A model generated the notes under the pieces. That model was not told the DNA's origin and ran no database searches. It saw only the letters and a list, made by a program, of their open reading frames with translations. The translations under genes and the position numbers were made by a program. 64,000 nt of DNA from contig OX597834.1 in NCBI GenBank assembly GCA_951406725.2, positions 35,278,001 through 35,342,000 on the forward strand, in the 5' to 3' direction. Source of the stretch: Octopus vulgaris. Taxonomy: Eukaryota. Positions 38,977-52,398 of the stretch are shown piece after piece; position 1 is the first letter of the stretch; every line of letters starts with the position of its first letter.

Positions 38977-39059
38977 CTTAATGAAGTAGGCTTTGTCTTC
39001 AATTTTTGGTTCTATGGTAAGCAAAATGTTGGAGAGTTTTAAATCTCGATGGACTACAC
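38977..39059 (-). CDS. STK33: STK33-like kinase, exon 4 (catalytic loop)
   Basis: TGCAG|(G)VVHRDLKLSNILLTIEPKIEDKAYFIK|GTAAGT; 83 nt, phase 1-0. Confidence 0.92.
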
Positions 39060-40346
39060 CTGCAAATGGAAGGAAATGCTCAGGTTATTTCCACCAGAAA
39101 TGTAAACGCTGAGGACGCAAGCAGTTATTCGCTTATTGAGTTTTCTAGAAAACTCCGAAGTATTCAGCGAAAAAGATTTTTGTGAGTCTCCTAATGGGGC
39201 ACAAAGCACTGTGTAAATACACCCATGATGGTGACATGTAAAAAGCACCCAGTACACTCTGTAAAGTGGTTGGCATTAGGAAGGACATCATCCAGCCGTT
39301 GAAACCATGCCATAACAGATAACTGGAGCCTGGACAGCTCCTAGCCTGGACGGCTCCATGTCAAACCATCCAACCCATGCCAGCATGGAAAGCAGATGTT
39401 AAATGATAGTGATGAAGAATTTAATCAAATAACTTTGCCCTCGTTAAGCTGGTGCTTTGAAACCTAAATTTAAATGAAATTTTGAAGAAAGTTTTTAATT
39501 TTGATCCTTTTAAAGCAAGGAACTTGCATCAAGGAATTTAAGGACAGTTTTGGGTGCGTTGGTATCAAAAGAATTCAGAAAGGCTTTGCTTAGTATTCCA
39601 AAGAATTACTTAACCCTTTAGTTTTGAAAATCACGAAGAATTTACTGAAATAACTTTGTCATTAACAAGCTGGTGTTTGGAACATAAATTAATATCAGAT
39701 TTTGATGAAAACTTATCCTTTAACACTTTAGTGTTTAAACCGGCCATATCCGGCCCAAATAATCTACCTGTTTTCTGTTAAAACTGCCCAGATTTGCTAT
39801 CTCACACCAGCCTATAACGTCAATCTAAAAACAGGTGATAAGATCATGGAAATCTTAAAGCTACGAAATAATGCATGATTAGCTTAAAACAATATGGATG
39901 AATAAATATTATATTTGACAGAATAATCTGAATGCTAAAGGGTTAAGCCACATTAAAATAAAAAGCATGTATACAGAACGAGGAGCATTCTTAGGTGGAC
40001 TGGTATCAAAAGAGCCCATAAAATTAAAAGTTTTAAACTTTGTAACTCTGTTGTTACCGTATTTTTGTTGAAATATACTGCCTTTGTTTTAATTAATTTT
40101 GAAAATAACGAATGTAGTTAAATAATTTTGTCACACCATCCGTTCGTGGCCGTTTGCCAGCTCTGTCTGGCACCAGTGCAGGTGGCACGTAAAAAGCACC
40201 CACTACACTCACGGAGTGGTTGGCGTTAGGAAGGGCATCCAGCCGTAGAAACACTGCCAGATCAGACTGGGCCTGATGAAGCCTTCCGGCTTCACAGACC
40301 CCAGTTAAACCGTCCAACCCATGCTAGCATGGAAAACGGACGCTAA

Positions 40347-40382
<36 letters not shown>

Positions 40383-41907
40383 CATTAAGCTGGTGTTTGA
40401 AAAAAAATTAACATGAAATTTGATGGAAGGTTTTAAGTTTGATCACTTTAACCCTTTTCTTACCATATTTCTGATGAAATACATGGCTTTTCTTTCAATT
40501 AATTTTGTTAATAAAGAACAATTTAATGAAATAACTTTGTTGTAATTAAGCTTGTGTTTGAAGTATAAATGAACTGGACAGTTCGAAGGAAGGTTTTAAT
40601 TTACATAGGCACAGGAGTGGCTGTGTGGTAAGTAGCTTGCTTACGAACCACATGGTTCCGGGTTGTCCCACTGTGTGGCACCTTGGACAAGTGTCTTCTA
40701 CTATAGCCACGGGCTGACCAAAGCCTTGTGAGTGGATTTGGTAGACAGAAACTGAAAGAAGCTCGTCATATATATGTATATATATATATATTTATGAGTG
40801 TGTATGTGTTTGTGTGTCTGTGTTTGCCCCCCCAACATCGCTTGACAACTGATGCTGGTGTGTTTACGTCTCTGTAGCTTAGTGGTTCAGCAAAAGAGAC
40901 CGATAGAATAAGTACTAGGCTTACAGAGAATAAGTCCTGGGGTCGATTTGCTCGGCTAAAAAGGTGGTTCTCCAGCATGGCCACAGTCAAAATGACTGAA
41001 ACAAGTAAAAGAAAGAATAAATCCCTTTAAAACGAGAAGTTTCTATTATAAACCAAAGGTCAGTCTCATGTGGGTTCATATCAAGATTGTGGTTTCAATT
41101 CCCAGACAAGGCAGTGTGTTGTGTTCTTGAGCAAAACACTTCTTTTCCCGTTGCCCTGGCAATCACTTCAGTATATGACAGTTAACATATCATGCACTTG
41201 CTTGAACAGGCAATATCCATTCTGATAAAAGGAGTGGACTACTATACAATACAAACGTTTGATCACAATAAACAGTTCTTCTGTGCAGAGGTTGTCCAGC
41301 AAAAAGTTGAAGGACTTTCATCTATGGTCAACAAGAAGAGAGGTCACAATCTTATTATACCGAATTACTCCTATCACTTTTCTTCTATCATATATCCCGC
41401 TGATCACTATCATTCGTGTCTCTGTCACTCATGTTTCTCACACAGTAAAGAGGCTGGCAAGTGGCCAAAAAATGTGGGGCTGTGAGGTTCCTTTAGTTGT
41501 GTTGAGGACATGACTACCTCTCTAATGCTGGTGCCATGAAAAAAAAAGCACACAGAACACTCTGTAAAGTGGGTGTTGTTGAGGTCGGTGGTCGGGTTAA
41601 TCCATCCTGAGAAATGAAACCAAAAGTGAAGTGCAATCAACATGCGGTCCCATGGCCTGTCTAGGTGAGCAGTACCCCTTGAATATGTGCTGCCACTGAC
41701 TGTAACAACCTGTCCAACCCATGCCGGCATGGAAAGCTGATGTTAAAAAACAACGTTTGATACGTAGATACATGCACACATATAACAGAAATACTGTAAA
41801 CCTCATATCTATTCTGTTTGTGGGTGGTGGGGGACGGGCAAGTGGGTGAATGGTTAGAGAGGGTGGTTTTACCTTACAATGGAGTCTGGTTTACAGGTTC
41901 AACTCAC

Positions 41908-42046
41908 CACATTTATGAAGATAGGATATTGCACTCACTAGAGAAGTCATGACGTTCTTGACAATAGCTTCATCAAACTTCACTGCAGCACTCAGTTGCT
42001 TGCCCAGTTCTCCGCCGCTACAGTATTCCATAATTAGAAAGACTTT
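41908..42046 (-). CDS. STK33: STK33-like kinase, exon 3 (hinge)
   Basis: TACAG|KVFLIMEYCSGGELGKQLSAAVKFDEAIVKNVMTSLVSAISYLHKC(G)|GTGAGT; 139 nt, phase 0-1. Confidence 0.92.
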
Positions 42047-42615
42047 CTGTAGAAACACAAGATTATACACAAATACATAATTTATTTTAAAAAATTTTAT
42101 TCATATTTACACTTTTATTTTTAACTATCTTTCTTCACAGACACACACACACTGGTTGGCTCACAAAATCTATACTCTTTTACATGTTTCAGTCATTTGA
42201 CTGCGGCCATGCTGGAGCACCGCCTTTAATCGAGCAACTCGACCCCGGGACTTATTCTTTTGTAAGCCCAGTACTTATTCTATCGGTCTCTTTTGCCGAA
42301 CTGCTAAGTGACGGGGACGTAAACACACCAGCATCGGTTGTCAAACAATGCTAGGAGGACAGACACAGACACACAAACATACACGCACACACATATATAT
42401 ATATACATATACACGACGGGCTTCTTTCAGTTTCCGTCTACCAAATCCACTCACAAGGCATTGGTCGGCCCGGGGCTATAGCAGAAGACACTTGCCCAAG
42501 GTGCCACGCAGTGGGACTGAACCCGGAACCATGTGGTTGGTTAGCAAGCTACTTACCACACAGCCACTCCTGCGCCACTCCTACATCATGAATTTTCTGC
42601 TACTGCAGCTTGAAC

Positions 42616-43870
42616 TCATCCTCTGAATGACATTTGAATAAAAGAGTCTTTACAAAATATATCATGGAAGCCCTCTATTGTATAAAGATCATAAGGGTTA
42701 TTATTCTTCTTATATGCTTTAGCTGTAGGATGTATGCTCCATTTAAGATGATATGGTCTTAAGTTATCCTTTAATAACCAAATATATGTAGCCAAAGAAG
42801 TTTGTTTGCATTTGCTGTTTTTAAAGGAATCCATGTGGGAATAAAATCTTGGTTTAAATTGATTTGAGGTCATACCAACATAAGTGTTTATGTTGTCTTT
42901 AGTAGTAACCAGACATTGGTATACAATATACTTATTCATGAAGTCAGAATCTAAGGCGCAGTTGTTAGGAATATAGTGGATGCACAGGTTGATGGTTTTG
43001 TTACGTATATTAATTTTCAAAGAGTTACAATGAGCAGAATTGCAGTTGGCTTTTGGGGTAGTAGAGTATAAATATTCAAGAGTAGCTTTTCACTAAATAG
43101 CTGGTGGTATTTATGGTTTAAGATGAAAAGTTTCTTAAGGAGTTAAAAGAAGATTTGAGCCAAGTGAAGGGAGCACCAGATCACGCTCTTTTATTTATTC
43201 TTGTCTTTATTAGGGTAAGAAGTAGGTCTTGATATGAAATGGATTTTATCCTTAAAGCTGCTTCTGATGAGGGCTTCATAGTAATAATGGTATGCAGTGT
43301 GGAATATATGTTCATTAGATGATAGATGAGAAAGTTTGTGTAAGATGTTTAGGATGTGATTTTAGATAATGTTTGGTTGAGAGTTGGGAAGCCAAATGTC
43401 TAAGTAAATAATTAAGTCTCATTACAGTTACAGTGAGGGTAAAAACAATATCGAAGAGGTCCAGGGATAACATCTAGACAACTGATTTCATGGTATGGGC
43501 TTCAGTGATTACTTGGAAACTGAAGTCCTTAATCCTTTCGTTACTGTATTTATTTTGAGATTCTCTGTGTTTCTTTCAGTTACTTCAAATATAACAAAGA
43601 ATTTAGTAAAATGAATTAGTTATCATTAAGATAGTGTTAGGAACATAAATTGTGACTAAGGTTTGGTGGAAGATTATAATTCAAAACTTATGAAAACAAG
43701 ACATTTGTACTCAGAGCCAGAGCCGGTTTCAGCCGGGTTGGTAATAAAAGGGTTAAAGAAGTTCTGGAGGTTTTTTTTCTGAATCTGTCTGTTGTGAGGG
43801 TTGACACTCTTTTAGGATTAAGAGCTAGTCATTCTAATAAAGATGGCCCACAATTCCTGAGAAGCATGTT
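42616..43870 (-). mobile_element. Penelope-like retroelement relic (GIY-YIG endonuclease and decayed RT C-terminus), interrupted by a piggyBac-type MITE
   Basis: IVYQC...TYVGMTSNQFKPRFYSHMDSFK...TSLATYIWLLK..YHLKWSI is the Penelope-type GIY-YIG signature. The upstream decayed sequence resembles the RT thumb/linker and its boundary is approximate. Confidence 0.75.
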
Positions 43871-44493
43871 TACCATTCTCTCCTTCTCTCTCTGTCACAC
43901 AGAGTGGTAAGAAGCGTGCCTCCCAACCACATGGTTTCGGGTTCAGTCTCACTGAACCCGAAAAAAAGGATGAAAGGCAAAATCAACCTCTGTGGAATTT
44001 GAACTCAGAATGCAAAGGCAGACAAAATACTACTAAGCATTTCGCCCAGCATGCTAACATTTCTGCCAGTTCACTGCCATTGCAAGAACATAATTAACAT
44101 ACAGGTAATCAGTTTTAGTTAGTGAATACTCAATGAATTTTCCACAAAATATAGTGCTTATTAGATGGGAGTGTCAAAGCATATAAGAATTATCTTATAT
44201 AGATGACAGGAGGGACATGTGGATAAATTTGAATAGTAAGCAAAACCAGCTAATCAGGGGTAAGAGCTAAAAAGATGATGATAATGCTAATGATGAGGAC
44301 GATAAGGATGATATAAGTACACTGCACAACGTGTCCTTCCACTTTTTTGAAACATAGCAGAGTATATGAATGTGACTGAATAGAATAATTCTTCTAATGG
44401 GTTGACTGACCATACAGAGCCAGCCTCGCTGCTTCACCAACATTCAATCCTTAATAAAAGAAGACATTAGAACTTGAAACAAACTTAACTTAC

Positions 44494-44598
44494 ATCGTGC
44501 GTTTCAAAAACTTCCTTCAACATGATAATGTTTTCATGCCTCACTCTCTTTAATATTGCCACTTCCCTCTCAAACAACTGTGTCGGTGCACTGCCAGA
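44494..44598 (-). CDS. STK33: STK33-like kinase, exon 2 (alphaC helix)
   Basis: CACAG|SGSAPTQLFEREVAILKRVRHENIIMLKEVFETHD|GTAAGT; 105 nt, phase 0-0. Confidence 0.92.
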
Positions 44599-44906
44599 CT
44601 GTGGAACAGAAAACAAACCAAAATATAGACACACAGGAATAAGGAATGAGAGAAGTAATTATGCTAACAAGTAAAGTTCATCGCCACATATATATGTATG
44701 TGTGTGTGTGTAGCACCCACTACAATCTCGGAGTGGTTGGCATTAGGAAGGGCATCCAGCTGTAGAAACACAGCCAGATCAGACTGGAGCCTGGTGCAGC
44801 CTTCTGGCTTCCCAGATCCCCAGTCGAACCGTCCAACCCATGCTAGCATGGGGAATGAACGTTAAATGACGATGATGATGATATATATATTAGAACATTT
44901 GGAGAT

Positions 44907-45075
44907 GTACAGGTATTATATATTAGAAGAAATAAGGTACATAAGGTACTCAGAAATCTGGATGGTTTTATATTTACAGATTTTTATTAATATGTCACAT
45001 GTTTTTTATAAATCATATATTAGCGCTTGCATCCACTCTAGTGGATTCTTCAGATTTTCTGAGTACCTCATTTCT

Positions 45076-45085
<10 letters not shown>
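44907..45085. mobile_element. Inverted-repeat Penelope-like end with a decayed HHR
   Basis: Arms AGAAGAAAT..GGTACTCAGAAATCTG / CAGATTTTCTGAGTACCTCATTTCTTCT. The - strand reads CTGAAGA-ATCCAC taga GTGGAT-GCAAGCGCTA. Sits in a TA tract. Confidence 0.45.
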
Positions 45086-45147
<62 letters not shown>

Positions 45148-45379
45148 TAATATTTCACATGGGCATAGTGGTATTAATAACCTGGTGTTAGAACTCAATA
45201 TATATATATATATATTTCAGTAAAAGACATTAGGTGAATACAGAGCATAATATAGTAAGAAATAAAGTAATTGACAAAGCTCTGAATGCATTGCGTTCTA
45301 CAGCAGAAACAGCTGTAAGCTAATGAAGTTCATTACATAATTTCTAGTTCCCTCATCATCTATTTAATTTCATATATAC

Positions 45380-45430
<51 letters not shown>

Positions 45431-45910
45431 TATATACATATATATACACATATATATATACATATATATACATACACACACATATATAAGCAAAGTAGTT
45501 AGTTATAAAAATGTCAATAAGAGATGAGGGTAGTAACTATACTAACGAGTAATGTTAATCACTACATCAAAAAGTGGCTGTTCAATGTTACTACTATTTT
45601 AACCCCAGGCAGATCTTCTGCCAGCTGGTTATAGGTGCTGCCTGCAAGCAGGGGAGCGAACCTAGCAGATGACAGGATCGCAAGACTGACTTTGTTTTGG
45701 GCTAGATTCGCTCATCCTCAGTCGCGAACACCCGGTCGCTAGAGAGATAGCCAGAGTCCGCTCCAGTAAGCAATATACTGAAAATAAAGAGAGAGATAGA
45801 ATGATAAAGAGGGGGAGGAGATGAGAGAAGGAGATAGAAGAAAAAGGAGAGAGGGAAAGAGAAGAGGGAGAGAGAGAAGAGGTAGATAGATAGATAGAGA
45901 GAGGTCTTAC

Positions 45911-46105
45911 CTTTTGTTTACTGATGCATTTCATGGCCCATCTCTCACCAGTTTTTTTGTCGGTGACTTTGTAAACCTTGCCAAAACTACCCTGGCCAAT
46001 CTTCTCTCCTATTTGATAGGCATTTTCTAGACTTGACTCAGAATCCAGCCTTAAGTGGGGCACATCGTCTAATTTCTCTGTTTGTGAATTAGAAGCTATA
46101 GACAT
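45911..46105 (-). CDS. STK33: STK33-like kinase, coding exon 1 (Gly-rich loop and catalytic Lys)
   Basis: MSIASNSQTEKLDDVPHLRLDSESSLENAYQIGEKIGQGSFGKVYKVTDKKTGERWAMKCISKQK. VPHLR and GxGSFG..WAxK match STK33. Donor AAG|GTAAG, phase 0. An acceptor (TTTCAG) places the exon start at 46127, and the frame is open to it, so an upstream exon exists. Confidence 0.9.
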
Positions 46106-46622
46106 AGCTAGAGCTTTTTCCGCATTTCTGAAATAGATTTACAATCACATAAAAAAAAAATTAAAAAAAAACATTTGAAAAAAACCCAAAAAAAACAAGA
46201 GCTAAAATGTATGTCAGTGCCATACAAATGGCACACATGAATCGTAGTCGTGGTTGCTGGCTGCTAGTGCCATTTAAAGAGCACCAGTGTATCATGGTCA
46301 TGGCCATTGATGGTGCCACGTAAATGGTGCCACATGAATTATAGCCGTGGTTGATGCTGGTACCATTTAAAGGGCACCTGTGAATCATCGTGGTTGTTGT
46401 CGGTGCCATGTGAACGGCACCTGTGGATTGTAGTTGTGGTCGCTGCCAGTGTCATGTAAATGGCACCTGTGCTGGTGGCACATAGAAACATTACACTCCT
46501 GGAGTGGTTGGCATTAGGAAGGGCATTCAGCTGCAGAAACCAAGCCAGATCAGACTGGAACCTGGTGCAGCTCTCACGCTTACCGGTTTCAGTCGAACCA
46601 TTTAACCCATGCCAGCATGGAG

Positions 46623-46903
46623 TGTGTGGAGGCACATGGCCTAGTGGTTAGAGCAGCGGACTCGCGGTCGAGAGATCGCCAGTTCGAATCTCAGTCTGGG
46701 CGACACCTAAGCTCCACGTGGCTCCGGCAGAAGTTAATGGCGAACTTATGCTGACACTTTCGCCACAACTTTCTCTCACTCTTTCCTCCTGCATCTTGCA
46801 GCTCACCTGCGACGGACCGGTGTCCTGTCCAGGTGGGGAACCCATACGCCAAGAAACCGGCCCTTATGAGCCAGGCATGGCTCCAGAAGGAACAAAAAAA
46901 CAA
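46623..46903 (+). mobile_element. tRNA-derived SINE with a 10-bp TSD, inserted into a family-C element
   Basis: TGGCCTAGTGG A-box, GTTCGAATC B-box and an A-rich tail; CAGCATGGAG is duplicated at 46613-46622 and 46904-46913. Confidence 0.75.
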
Positions 46904-47055
46904 CAGCATGGAGAGTGGACATCAAATGATGATGATGATGACACACACACACAAAACAATTTTAAATGTTTATTTTCCTGTCGAATGTGTTATGAACTCT
47001 ATACAATTTACATTTATAATAGGTTATGTCTGATTTTTTTCTCCATAGTTTATCA

Positions 47056-47100
<45 letters not shown>

Positions 47101-47725
47101 TATATATATATCTATATCTATATATATATATATATATAAATATGAAGCTGTTGATTTATCAGAAGTGATAAATTATAGGATACAATGTGTGGGTGTGTGT
47201 CTATGTGTGCGGATACGCGTATATATGTATATATAACATGTGCATATGTGTACGTGACTATATAATTCTGTGCATACGTGTGTATGAATGTGCACATGTG
47301 TAGTCGTATGTGTCTGCACAGGCACACGCAAAAACGAAAACCCACACACTCATTTGCTTTTCTTTTTTTGAAAAATAAAAACATTACTTAAAAAGCATTT
47401 GTATGGAAAATTGCTCAAACAAGAATGCAGTTTCATGACATTGGCTGTATGGCTTTTTAAGACGTTTTGAATAACATTTTCATGAGAACCAGAAATGAAA
47501 ATCCCAAGTATGAGCTTGAAGCAGCTGCTTGGATGTGTCATTCACAGACGTTTTGAAAATGAAAGAACATAACGATAAGTATTTTCTTCAAACCTTTTTA
47601 TTTTGGATTTCAGAAAAAAAATATTCAAACAAAGGATGTTCAAAAGAAAACCAGGCTTGGTTTACCAGCTGATGGTTGGGAAAGAGGAACTCTGAAAACT
47701 GGAAATTGGAGCCTTTCTGTTATTA

Positions 47726-47786
<61 letters not shown>

Positions 47787-47789
47787 ACG

Positions 47790-47829
<40 letters not shown>

Positions 47830-48168
47830 TAATATATATACATAATATATATACATAATATATATACATAATATATATATACATAATATATATATATATG
47901 GCTGTGTGGTAAGAAGTTTGCTTCCCAACTACATGGTTCCAGGTTCAGTCCCACTGCATGGTACCTTGGGCAAGTATCTTCTGCTATAGTCTCGGGCCGA
48001 CCAAACTCTTGTGAGTGGATTTGGTAGACAGACACTGAAAGAAGCCTGTAATATATATTGTTGTATTTGGGGATGGTCATGTTGCCAGTTTAGCCAATAA
48101 AAACACACGCACTATATATTTGGTGTTAATTTGCTTCAGCTTTATCGTATTTTTTTACTTTAATCATA

Positions 48169-48169
48169 T

Positions 48170-48219
<50 letters not shown>

Positions 48220-48258
48220 TATAGATAGATAGACAGACAGGTAGATAGATACATACAT

Positions 48259-48295
<37 letters not shown>

Positions 48296-48454
48296 TAGAT
48301 AGATTGATAGATAGATAGATAGATATATAGATAGATAGATAGATAGACAGACAGGTAGATAGATACATACATAGATATATATATATATATATAGATAGAT
48401 AGATTGATAGATAGATAGATAGATATATAGATAGATAGATAGATACATAGATAT

Positions 48455-48533
<79 letters not shown>
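48169..48533. repeat. (GATA)n/(TA)n compound microsatellite
   Basis: Read directly from the sequence. Confidence 0.95.
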
Positions 48534-49803
48534 CACACATACGACTTTACAGAAAAATATAGGAGGTCTCAAATGCAGAATAGCTGTGAAAATAGCTTAG
48601 AGGACTAAAACAAGAGGCCAGCAAGTTGCAACCCAGAATTTAATCCTGTACCTCCCAATGAGCAGGTTCAGAGTTCGATTCTCTGAAGCAGGTAGCTGGC
48701 CGGGTGTTTACCTAATCTTCTAAGCTGTTCTTACAACTATTCTGCATTCAAGATTTCTTTCATTCACTGTGAAATACTGACACACTCGGCACTTCAAAGG
48801 TTGTTTATAAAAACGTTCTTGCTGACACACACACACATCGTAGGGTCAAGGTGCAATTTTAAACATGCACGACTTGTATTTACGGTAGACCTAATTTGCA
48901 TAAAAGGGTAAATGAAATAAACATCTACTTCGTTATTTTCAAACAGGTGTTTTCTTGAAGTCCCCAATTTCAACAAACATATTTCTTGAATACCCACAAG
49001 GGGGCTAAACACAGAGAGGACAAACAAGGACAGACAAACGGACTAAGTCGATTATACCGACCCCAGTGCATAACTGGTACTTATTTAATCGACCCCGAAA
49101 GGATGAAAGGCAAAATCGACCTCGGCGGAATTTGAACTCAGAACGTAACGGCAGACGAAATACGGCTACGCATTTCGCGGGGCGTGCTAACGTTTCTGCC
49201 AGCTCGCCGCCCTCCAATTTCAACAAACATGTCCTCCAACATCAAATACGCAAACCACGATGCAATCCTCAAATACCACAGAAATATGCTTTGCAGCTGA
49301 TTTCTGTTTCAATCCTCAATCACAGCAGTTTGCGTGATTTGCGTCTCATCTATGGAACAAGGTTTAGTCAAATAAACAGTAGTCTTTATAAGTCACCATG
49401 AAATAAAGATGAAGTAGTTACTCCATCTTCTAACTTTAATCTTGTTTCAGTCATTGGACTGCGGCCATGCTGGAGCACTACCTTGAGGAATATATATTTT
49501 TTTTCGTTGAACTAATCGACCCATGTACTTATTTAAAAAAAAAAATTTTAAGCCTGGTACTTATTCTATTTTACTCGGTCTCTTTAGCTGAACTGCTAAG
49601 TTACGAGGACATAAAAGCACTGGTATTAGTTGTCAAGTGGTGTTGACGGACGAACAAAAACACAAAGACATACACAAACACACACACATATATACACACA
49701 TTCATATATATACACACATTCATATATATACACACATATGTATATATACATATATGTGTATACACACACACACATATATATATATATATACACACACACA
49801 TTC

Positions 49804-49836
<33 letters not shown>

Positions 49837-49906
49837 TGTATATATATACACACACATACTTGTATGTACGAATATATATATATATATATATGCATATATG
49901 AATGTG

Positions 49907-49940
<34 letters not shown>

Positions 49941-50606
49941 TATATATATACACACACACATACATATAGATATATATGCAAAAAAATACACTAACACACA
50001 CACATATACATATTCACCCACACATATATACACAAATATATATACATACACATATACACTTAGATACACACACACATATATATACACACACACAAACATA
50101 TATGTATACAAATACACACATATATACTGACAAACATACACACGTAAATTACCAATGTACTCCATATCAGTTTTGGTCAGGTATCTGTCAGTTCTACGCT
50201 AACGAATCCTGGCAATACAGGTGTTTCACCCTTAACCAATCAGCTACTGTTAAGCAAATAACTGAAACCATTCTCAGCCAATGAGGAAGCCTCTACGCTG
50301 TCATTTGACCTGCAGGTCGATGACTTACAGTTTAGGACAACACAACCACGATAGCTTGCAGCCAAGTCTCTCCCTCAAACACTACTCTGCTCTCTTGAAA
50401 ATGATTAAATACACAGACTATATTTAAACATATTAGAAGCTGGCATGGCTATGTGGTAAGAAGCTTGCTTCCCAACAACATGGCCTTGGGCTCAATCCCA
50501 GCATGTGACACATTGGGCAAGTGTCTTCAATCTTGAGCTGAACAAAACCTTGTGAGTGGATTTGGAAGACAGAAACTGAAAGAAGCACATCACATATATA
50601 TATATA

Positions 50607-51900
50607 CTAGCAGTATCGCCGGCGTTGCTCGGGTTTGTAAGGGAAATAACTATATAAGCATTTTTAGAGAGTTATAGCCAAAAAATAGCAAAAAATGCAT
50701 TAAAAATGGAAAAAATATGATGGTAAATTTTTTTTTAAATCGTTGACTCATCGTAGACATTTTTAGAGAGTTACTTCCCTTATATAATAGCGAAAAAATG
50801 CATTAAAATGGAAAAAAAACGATGGTAAATTTTTTTTAAATCGTAGACTCATGTAGACGCTTTCTTAGCCATTTCTGTTTTGGTGTCTTCAAGCCATGAA
50901 GTCGTTGTTCTAAAAGAACACTGGTCTCCTTGACAACGCATTACGACGTTGATTTCCTTACACTCCCTTCCCCACAGGTGCAGGTGTGAGCGTGGACGCC
51001 AACTCCGCCGCCATCGACACACGAAAAATTATGCATTAAAATGGAATAAAAAATGATGTTAAATTATTTTTAAAATCGTAGACGCGCGCTAATATTCAGA
51101 CGGGCTCGATATGAAGCACGACTATAAGCTACCCGAATTTGGTTAAACTGTACCGCAAAATGTGGGAGTAGTTAGGAATCTAAATCGAAGGGGACAGACA
51201 CTCACACAACTACAGTTTTATATATATAGATATACATAGCGCAGTAGTGGTGAGATATGACAGCAAAGAAAAGCATACATTCACTCTCTGCATGCAATTA
51301 GACTCGGAAAGTTCGTGAGGAACCCATTGACCCAATTTGCTGACTTTTCCGATAGCACACAGGTGTCAATGAATGGTTGAATGACCAAATCCAAGCTTCT
51401 CTGCTAGTTCCTCAACAGTTACGATGATATTTTGTTCCACCAGGGTTTTCAGGATGTCCTTGTCGAGTTCTACAGATCTTTCAGGATGAGGCTCGTCTTC
51501 TAGGCTGTAGTTTATGGCTCGGGATTTCTGGAACCACCATTGACACTGCCTTACGCTTATTGTCCAATCCCCATATACTGCATTAATATTTCTTGTACTT
51601 TGCACACATTTATATTCTGTTATTCTTTTATATGTTTCAGCCTTGAGGTTGTGGCCATGCTGGATCATGTGTGTGTGTGTGTGTGTGTCTATCTGTCTGT
51701 CTGTCTGTATGTATATATGTATATGTATGTGTGTGAACAATAATATTTTCAACAGATGTGTTGCAAATGTATCTGATTGTTCTCAAGCTTCAATACTGTG
51801 TGTGTGTGTATGTGTGTGTGTGTATGTATGTATGTATATGTATGTATGTATGTATATGTATGTATGTGTGTATGTATGTATGTGTGTGTGTATGTATGTA

Positions 51901-51931
<31 letters not shown>

Positions 51932-52386
51932 ATGTATGTATGTATGTATGTATGTATGTATGTATGAGTGTATGTTTACTTTATTACTAATTACTCTCTT
52001 CCAAGAACATTTTCACTCACTCTTAGCTCTTAGCTTCCCATACATTTTACTCATGTATCTATCAGCGTCAGACAGAATACTTTCACTTTAGTCTTCCTCA
52101 AATCACTGTCGCTATTTACTTTCATTTTATTCGTTGCCCACTGTGTGTGTGCGTTTCCGTGTGGTGTAAACCAGACTAAGAAAAGCATTTGACACACACA
52201 CCAGAATGTGAGTTTTCTGTAAATTTTGCTTAATTGGAGTTTAAATTTTAAAAACTGGACCTGGCATGACGCGATGCATTGTACTCTCAAAAATGCTAGG
52301 TAAATTGTAATTGAAGAAATCCTATATTGTAGATTTGTATAACTCCCAAAGGGAGGCAGATAAAATCTGCCTTTTATAATAAGAGA
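50607..52386 (-). mobile_element. Helitron-bounded 1.78-kb unit, copy 1 (includes a non-autonomous Helitron at 50607-51230 and a mariner N-terminal fragment at about 51270-51600)
   Basis: On the - strand the 3' end reads CCCGAGCAACGCCGG..CTAG (hairpin plus CTAG), and 5' ends read TCTATATATATAAAA (51230) and TCTCTTATTATAAAAG (52386). The mariner piece reads WFQKSRAINYSLEDEPHPERSVELD. Confidence 0.7.
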
Positions 52387-52398
52387 TATATATATATA

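Noticed and set aside
45662-45910. C-terminal part of the 147-aa ORF as kinase sequence
   Set aside because: Kinase similarity stops at the AAG|GTAAG donor; the remainder is intronic CT-rich read-through.
46628-46700. Possible tRNA gene (similar heads at 15893, 29374 and 32395)
   Set aside because: No complete cloverleaf or acceptor stem; each continues into a SINE body, and the 46623 copy has a tail and TSD.
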